A stretch of DNA of 64,000 nucleotides from Bacilli bacterium (GTDB lineage: Bacteria; Bacillota_I; Bacilli_A; RFN20; CAG-826). Position 1 is the first letter of the stretch. Every line of letters begins with the position of its first letter. Made by a program: the position numbers and the translations under genes. The notes under the pieces were generated by a model. That model saw only the letters and a program-made list of their open reading frames with translations. It made no database searches and was not told where the DNA came from. Shown here piece by piece: positions 58,867-64,000 of this stretch. The stretch covers positions 93,996 to 157,995 of the forward strand of contig JAFUXB010000002.1 in assembly GCA_017477255.1 (NCBI GenBank), read 5' to 3'.

Positions 58867-61800
58867 TTAGTCGTTTTCAAACATATCTGCGACATTTGGT
58901 GGGTCTAAGTGATATGTTGCAAGAGCTAAATAATCAAGTTCTTTTAACGATTGTTTACCATTACCACAACGGACAAGATTGTTAAAATCGACGTAATAAT
59001 AAGTTCCATTAACAGTAATTTTGCTTAATGACATTATTTTATTAAGTTTTAATTTGCCATCAACTTCTCTGTCATATGTTTCTAAAATTGGTTCATTTTC
59101 TAATTGAACAAGTTTATAAACACCTTCTTCTTCGATAATTACATAATATCTGTTACCTTTTGTAATGTATCTATAACCTAAATATTCATCATCACCTTCA
59201 GGTAATAAATTCTTTAATCCTTCGCCATCTAAATCATCTTTAACAAATTGAACACCACCGTTTTTAACGAATATATTAGCAATATATTCTTCTCCGGTTT
59301 GTTCGATTATAGCGAAGTTACGTTGATAATCAGTTGAATCTAATAATTCAACAAATTCAAATCCATAAGTGTCTGCGCTATTAAAATATTTGCATCTTTC
59401 CCAAGCATTTCTTGAAGTATAAGCATATTTTGTTGATGATGTTTGAATAATTACACCTTTTTCTATTGCTTCTGAGTTAAATGCAACCCAAGCCCCATCT
59501 TTTTTAATAAATACATAAGAAATTCCAGTTTCTTCAAGCGAAGTTGCAATTCCTCTTTCTGTAATTTCACTATCAATTTCATGAAGTGTTCCTAAATTAT
59601 CAACGATATGTAAGTGTACAATTGTTCCAACTTTATCGTAGATAATGTGTCTAGATGCATCATAATCATGAACAGCAACAAAAATTGGATCTTTATAGAA
59701 CAATGTTTTACTATAATTTTCTTTTATATATGAAGCATTGACAGGTAAGGACTGAGAAACAGGATAAGCAATAATATATCCGTTTTCAAATTGATGACAA
59801 TAAGTCCATTCATGACCAATATTTAAATTGTCATAATGATATGTTTTTCCATCTATTTTTGCTTTAAAGATCAATTTTTCGCCTGATAAAAGAGTTCCTT
59901 CTACTAATCTTGAAGTTCCATCTTCTTCGTTTTTAACCATAATATAACGTTTAGTTTCATCAGCACTCTTGTAAGTGTGGAATGAATCTTCAGTTGAAAC
60001 TGTAGCCCAGTTTCCTGTGTCTTCTAAGAAATAATGATCAGTTAAAGTTTCAAATGATTTAATTGTTGTTGTATAAATACCAGTTGTTACATCAGTTCCA
60101 CCAACAATAGCAATCCAAGCTTCATCACCAGTTTTTGTTGCTATAGTTGTGTTGTCTTCAAGATTGAAGATTGTTACAACATCTCCTACATAGTTATATG
60201 CATAACCTTCTTCAAATCGATAATATGCTAATTTATTTGTTTCATCATAAATTTTAAGTTCTGCATCAACTGTATATTGAATCTGATATTCGTCACCAAT
60301 AAATGCGCCTTCATCAATTGAAATTGTAGGAATAATATTTGTTTTATTTGCTATATTATAAACACTACTATAAGCTGAAGCACTTGATGCATAAATTGGA
60401 CCAGAAAATGCGATATCATCATCACAACTTAATTCTCCAGCAACAACTAATCTACCACTATTTGTACTTAAATTCGTTAAATTAGTAGCATTATGTTCAC
60501 TTGCAGTTGCTGGATAAACAACAAAGTTTTTATTTAATATAAGCTCGCCTAAATCAATTACATTTAATGTACCACCATTTAAAATTTTAACTGGGATATT
60601 GAGCTCTAATTGACCATAAACTAATACATCTAATTTTGCATTTGCGATTGGGAAATACATGTTTTCTGTATTAACAAAATTATTACCGTTTTTAACGAAT
60701 AATTCGATCTTATTTAAAGAATAATTTCCACCAATAATTATTTCTTCTTTTGTTCCATTATATAAAATAGAAAATACATCTGTTGTATCTTTTGAGACAT
60801 ACAAAGCATTTACGTTTTCTTTTGAAGTAACAAAATAAAATTGATTATTATAGAAGTTAACACTATCATCACTTCTTGATTCTTTTGCGATTAGATCGCC
60901 ATTATGCATCACTACTATTTCTTTAACATCAAAATCTAAGAATGAATAATAATGGTATGGGAAATCATTATTAAATGCTTTTGCTTCGTAATTATCATAA
61001 GAATAATTATCTGAAGTAACATAATTTCCTTTTAATGTTCCGCCATCTTGAACATAAATTTTTCCTGTTTTTGCTGCGCTTGAGTCAAAAATTCTACCAT
61101 TACAATCAAGAACACCACCACTTGAAATAGTTAAAATATGTCCATTTAAATCGATTGAACCGTATTTATTTACTACTTTACCAACATCATTTTCATCTTG
61201 ACCAATAATGCCACCAACAATAACATTACCTTCAATTGCTAAGTCACTGCTTAACTTAAATGTAAGGTAATTTTGTAAAGCTGGTTCATTAATACTATAT
61301 TCTCTATATCTACTAATCTCTGGGCCTAAAATCTCACTAGAAATCATTGTTTTTGAATGTGGGACATATAATGTTTTTCCTGCAGGAATCACACCTAAAT
61401 CACCGTTTTCAAAGACATTATTTGAAGGTAAATCCATCATAAATAAAGGATTTATCGAATTAACTTGTGCAAATCCTTCTTGTAAATTTTCAACTTTTGG
61501 ATTATCAAAAGTTTTAACAAATTTAACACTATCTGCTAATGGATTAGCAAAATTAATATCAAAATAAGGGAAGTTTGAAACGTTTTTGTTTTCAAATCTT
61601 TCAAAATAAACTGCATCATTTATAGTTGAGTTTTCAAACGGACCGTTAATTGTAATTTTTGCACCTTCTTTAAATGGATGATCAAATTCTACAATAGTTC
61701 CATAAATATTGAAAATATCGATTGGTTCGGCAGTATAAGGAATTAATACTCTATTTAAATTAGTTAAATTAGATAATGAAGATAAGCATAATTTTTTAAT

Positions 61801-62775
61801 TGTGCTTGGTAATTCAACTTCGGTAAGATTTTCACATTTATTAAACGCAAAAATACTTAATTCAGTTATTCCTTCATTTAAAACTATATTTTTAATCTCA
61901 TGTGAAGCTGATTTGACAGGCGCTTCACCTTCTTCTTGTTCAATAATTCCTTCGAGTAAATCGTCAAATAATCCAATTGGACCTACAACGACCTCTTTTC
62001 CATTAAAAGTACCTGGGAATTCAAGTGTATCTGGTAAAGCTTGAGTTCCATCAAGTAAGTTAACTTTATCGTAAACATCGACTAAATTCTTATAAAAATC
62101 TAGCTTAATTGGCAAATCATCCATGTTCAATTTAGCATCAATTATGGAGTAAATATCACGTTTTAAAATTGCTGTATATTTTCCGGTATAATCGATTTTA
62201 AATTGATTTAAGATGTCTTCACTAACGTCTTTTACATCAATATCGTATTTGAAATCTTTTATATAATAAAAAGTAGGGTCGTAATTTTCAACAGTTGCGT
62301 TAGCATCTAAAGCACCATCTTTAGTAAATTTTGAATAAACATTTACCTTTTTATCGAAAGTTTTTGCAGCACTTGTATCCTTAACTAAAACTAAAGGCAA
62401 ATCCTTTAAAATGTTGATTGGATCTTTAAAAACTTCTGGAAGTTCGAATTCACCATTTGTTAAATCGAATTTAACATCATAATTAGGAATATCTACATAA
62501 TATTCTTCTGTTTCACTAAACGAAAATGTTTGGAAATTGATAATTCCAAGGTATTCATAGTCAGTTAAAGAGTTAAAAACAACACCTTTTAAAACTGAAC
62601 TATCAAAATACCATGCATGATAATCTTGATTTTCTGCAATATGGTTGTTTTGTCTTAATTTTTTGTAATAGCTTAAAGCTTCATTTACAAATTCTTGATT
62701 AACATTATGTCTGCCGCAACCTGTTAAGCAGGTAAGTGCCAATGCTGTTAAAAGAAATAGTCTACTTTTTTTCAT
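58867..62775 (-). CDS. large surface lipoprotein (1302 aa) with BspA-type leucine-rich repeats and a beta-helix-like region
   Basis: I place the start at MKKSRLFLLTALALTCLTGCG (62775), which has a lipobox. An LRR-like segment is ITELSIFAFNKCENLTEVELPSTIKKL...LTNLNRVLIP. A Gly/Asn-rich repetitive segment is GNVIVGGIIGQ...LNGHILTISSGGVLDCNG. Confidence 0.7.
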   Translation of the reverse strand: MKKSRLFLLTALALTCLTGCGRHNVNQEFVNEALSYYKKLRQNNHIAENQDYHAWYFDSSVLKGVVFNSLTDYEYLGIINFQTFSFSETEEYYVDIPNYDVKFDLTNGEFELPEVFKDPINILKDLPLVLVKDTSAAKTFDKKVNVYSKFTKDGALDANATVENYDPTFYYIKDFKYDIDVKDVSEDILNQFKIDYTGKYTAILKRDIYSIIDAKLNMDDLPIKLDFYKNLVDVYDKVNLLDGTQALPDTLEFPGTFNGKEVVVGPIGLFDDLLEGIIEQEEGEAPVKSASHEIKNIVLNEGITELSIFAFNKCENLTEVELPSTIKKLCLSSLSNLTNLNRVLIPYTAEPIDIFNIYGTIVEFDHPFKEGAKITINGPFENSTINDAVYFERFENKNVSNFPYFDINFANPLADSVKFVKTFDNPKVENLQEGFAQVNSINPLFMMDLPSNNVFENGDLGVIPAGKTLYVPHSKTMISSEILGPEISRYREYSINEPALQNYLTFKLSSDLAIEGNVIVGGIIGQDENDVGKVVNKYGSIDLNGHILTISSGGVLDCNGRIFDSSAAKTGKIYVQDGGTLKGNYVTSDNYSYDNYEAKAFNNDFPYHYYSFLDFDVKEIVVMHNGDLIAKESRSDDSVNFYNNQFYFVTSKENVNALYVSKDTTDVFSILYNGTKEEIIIGGNYSLNKIELFVKNGNNFVNTENMYFPIANAKLDVLVYGQLELNIPVKILNGGTLNVIDLGELILNKNFVVYPATASEHNATNLTNLSTNSGRLVVAGELSCDDDIAFSGPIYASSASAYSSVYNIANKTNIIPTISIDEGAFIGDEYQIQYTVDAELKIYDETNKLAYYRFEEGYAYNYVGDVVTIFNLEDNTTIATKTGDEAWIAIVGGTDVTTGIYTTTIKSFETLTDHYFLEDTGNWATVSTEDSFHTYKSADETKRYIMVKNEEDGTSRLVEGTLLSGEKLIFKAKIDGKTYHYDNLNIGHEWTYCHQFENGYIIAYPVSQSLPVNASYIKENYSKTLFYKDPIFVAVHDYDASRHIIYDKVGTIVHLHIVDNLGTLHEIDSEITERGIATSLEETGISYVFIKKDGAWVAFNSEAIEKGVIIQTSSTKYAYTSRNAWERCKYFNSADTYGFEFVELLDSTDYQRNFAIIEQTGEEYIANIFVKNGGVQFVKDDLDGEGLKNLLPEGDDEYLGYRYITKGNRYYVIIEEEGVYKLVQLENEPILETYDREVDGKLKLNKIMSLSKITVNGTYYYVDFNNLVRCGNGKQSLKELDYLALATYHLDPPNVADMFEND

Positions 62776-62781
62776 ATTAAA

Positions 62782-62810
62782 ATTATAAATTTTAAAAAAG
62801 ATTAATTCAA
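62782..62810 (-). promoter_or_regulatory. promoter positioned for a leaderless transcript of the large lipoprotein gene
   Basis: The - strand reads TTGAAT (62805-62810), a 17-nt spacer, TATAAT (62782-62787), 6 nt, then ATG. No Shine-Dalgarno is present. Confidence 0.6.
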
Positions 62811-62855
62811 GCAATATTGATAGACCTTAAAACTTTTATTTTTATTAATTTTTTG

Positions 62856-62894
62856 TAGTATATTGTTAGTAGTTTTTTAGTAGTTTTTTAGTAG
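62856..62894 (+). repeat. phased TAGTA-hexamer array E (4 units, exact 11-bp period)
   Basis: TAGTAT starts at 62856, and TAGTAG at 62867, 62878 and 62889, with T5 spacers. Confidence 0.9.
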
Positions 62895-62918
62895 ATACAC
62901 ACTTTTAAAAAAATAATA

Positions 62919-62973
62919 GGGCTTTGCATATGTTTTCAAAAAAATAGCTGGGGTTTGCATATGTTTTTGAAAT
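62919..62973 (+). promoter_or_regulatory. direct repeat pair upstream of ackA
   Basis: The 14-mer TTTGCATATGTTTT is exact at 62923-62936 and 62954-62967, a 31-bp offset. Each copy is preceded by a G-run. A second pair, ATTATCGTTT, lies at 62992-63001 and 63035-63044. Confidence 0.55.
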
Positions 62974-63097
62974 TTACATCTACTACTTTCTATTATCGTT
63001 TTTATTTCAAAAAATAATTCTAAAATTTTTAATCATTATCGTTTAAGTTTTCTTTTTATTTATATATAATATAAATATTTATAAAGAGAGGTAAATT

Positions 63098-64000
63098 ATG
63101 AAAAAAGTTATGGCAGTCAATGCTGGAAGCAGCAGCTTAAAATTTAAATTATACGAAATGCCTGAGGAAACAGTTATTTGTTCAGGTATTGTTGAAAGAA
63201 TTGGATTCGAAGATGCTATCTTCCAAATTAAATATAATGGAGAAAAGAAACAAATCATCACTCCAGTTAAAGATCACGCATTCGCAGTTAAGCTCTTATT
63301 AGATGCTTTAATTGAAAATAAAATTATCAAATCATACGATGAAATCAAAGCAACTGGGCACAGAATAGTTCAAGGCGGAAGCTACTTCAGTGGTTCTGCT
63401 ATTATTAATGAAGATACATTATGGAAAGTTCGTGATTTAATACCACTTTCACCATTACATAACGCTGCTGAATTAGTTGGTATTGAAGCATTTATGAAAG
63501 TTTTACCAAATACTCCAGGAATTTGTACATTTGATACTGCTTTCCATCAAACAATGGAACCAGAAGATTACACATATGGTATCCCATATCAATACAGTGA
63601 AGATTTCAAAATTAGAAGATATGGTGCTCACGGAACAAGCCACAAATATTTAAGCGAAAAAGGTCTTAAATATGTTGATGGAAATAAAGCAGCTAAAATG
63701 ATTATTTGCCATTTAGGTAGTGGTGCTTCTATTACTGCTGTTAAAGATGGAAAATGTGTTGCAACAAGTATGGGTTTAACTCCACTTGGTGGTATCTTAA
63801 TGGGCACAAGAACAGGTGATATTGATTCATCAGTCTTTAATTATTGTGTTGCACGTACTGGTAAATCAGCTGAAGAAATTTATCAAGAATTTAATAAAAA
63901 GAGTGGACTTTTAGGGGTTTCTGGTATTTCAAGTGATGCAAGGGACATTGAAAAAGCTGCTGCTGAAGGTAATAAAAGAGCAATTTTAGCTTGCAGATTA
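63098..64000 (+). CDS. ackA: acetate kinase, N-terminal ~300 codons (3' end lies outside the window)
   Basis: The ATG at 63098 follows AGAGAGG. The translation is MKKVMAVNAGSSSLKFKLYEM...RYGAHGTSHKY...HLGSGASITA. It is missing from the ORF track because no stop falls inside the window. Confidence 0.9.
   Translation, partial: MKKVMAVNAGSSSLKFKLYEMPEETVICSGIVERIGFEDAIFQIKYNGEKKQIITPVKDHAFAVKLLLDALIENKIIKSYDEIKATGHRIVQGGSYFSGSAIINEDTLWKVRDLIPLSPLHNAAELVGIEAFMKVLPNTPGICTFDTAFHQTMEPEDYTYGIPYQYSEDFKIRRYGAHGTSHKYLSEKGLKYVDGNKAAKMIICHLGSGASITAVKDGKCVATSMGLTPLGGILMGTRTGDIDSSVFNYCVARTGKSAEEIYQEFNKKSGLLGVSGISSDARDIEKAAAEGNKRAILACRL

Noticed and set aside
62856-62894. The TAGTAG arrays as a CRISPR array or minisatellite.
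   Set aside because: The period is only 11 bp, with a 6-nt unit and a 5-nt T-rich spacer, and each locus has 2-4 units. This is far too short for CRISPR repeats and spacers, and no cas genes are present.
62930-62975. CodY boxes or a cre site in the ackA upstream repeats.
   Set aside because: The best alignments to AATTTTCWGAAAATT reach only about 11/15, which is unremarkable in DNA this AT-rich. No TGWAANCGNTNWCA-like cre match was seen.

Overview
The window is a very AT-rich bacterial chromosome segment that uses the standard genetic code. Trp is TGG, and TGA terminates at least six genes here. Gene content and order look like a wall-less or low-GC Firmicute (Acholeplasma- or Erysipelotrichia-like). 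The backbone is almost colinear with the Bacillus subtilis yqe/yqf region. On the + strand it runs tkt, asp23-like, nusB, xseA, xseB, dinB, xerD, deoB. After a strand switch at about 7.5 kb almost everything is on the - strand: nadD-yqeK fusion, yhbY, yqeH, yqeG, parC, parE, efp, rpmG, nfo, cshB-like, nif3, trmK, sigA, dnaG, glyQS, recO, era, cdd, ybeY, rpsU, deoC, rpmF, mtaB, rsmE, dnaJ, dnaK, grpE, hrcA, hemW, lepA, fmt, holA, comEC, comEA, greA, ruvX, alaS. The window ends with a partial ackA on the + strand. I saw no rRNA, tRNA, CRISPR array, IS element or prophage. Accessory genes sit at breaks in the synteny: a GH43 hydrolase, a C39-peptidase-like membrane protein, a three-gene insert between hemW and lepA, a nuclease-helicase fusion, a BNR/sialidase-like lipoprotein, a 1302-aa LRR/beta-helix lipoprotein, and an orphan ORF at the strand switch. 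The most notable signals are non-coding or sequence-level. (1) Seven intergenic arrays of TAGTA(G/T/A) hexamers are spaced exactly 11 bp apart, and three of them abut start codons with no Shine-Dalgarno. (2) A good 28-bp dif (XerCD) site lies exactly at the convergent strand switch, next to a roughly 0.85-kb orphan segment bracketed by a 12-bp direct repeat. (3) A three-copy, roughly 50-nt C5...G5 hairpin element has a G-run that doubles as the ribosome-binding site of comEA and of the C39-like gene. (4) dnaK is otherwise intact but carries a single in-frame TGA at the invariant Arg of NDAQRQATKDAG. (5) Several promoters place a -10 box 6-7 nt before the ATG, which suggests leaderless mRNAs. 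All functional calls rest on motif recognition and synteny read by eye. No database search or folding computation was run.
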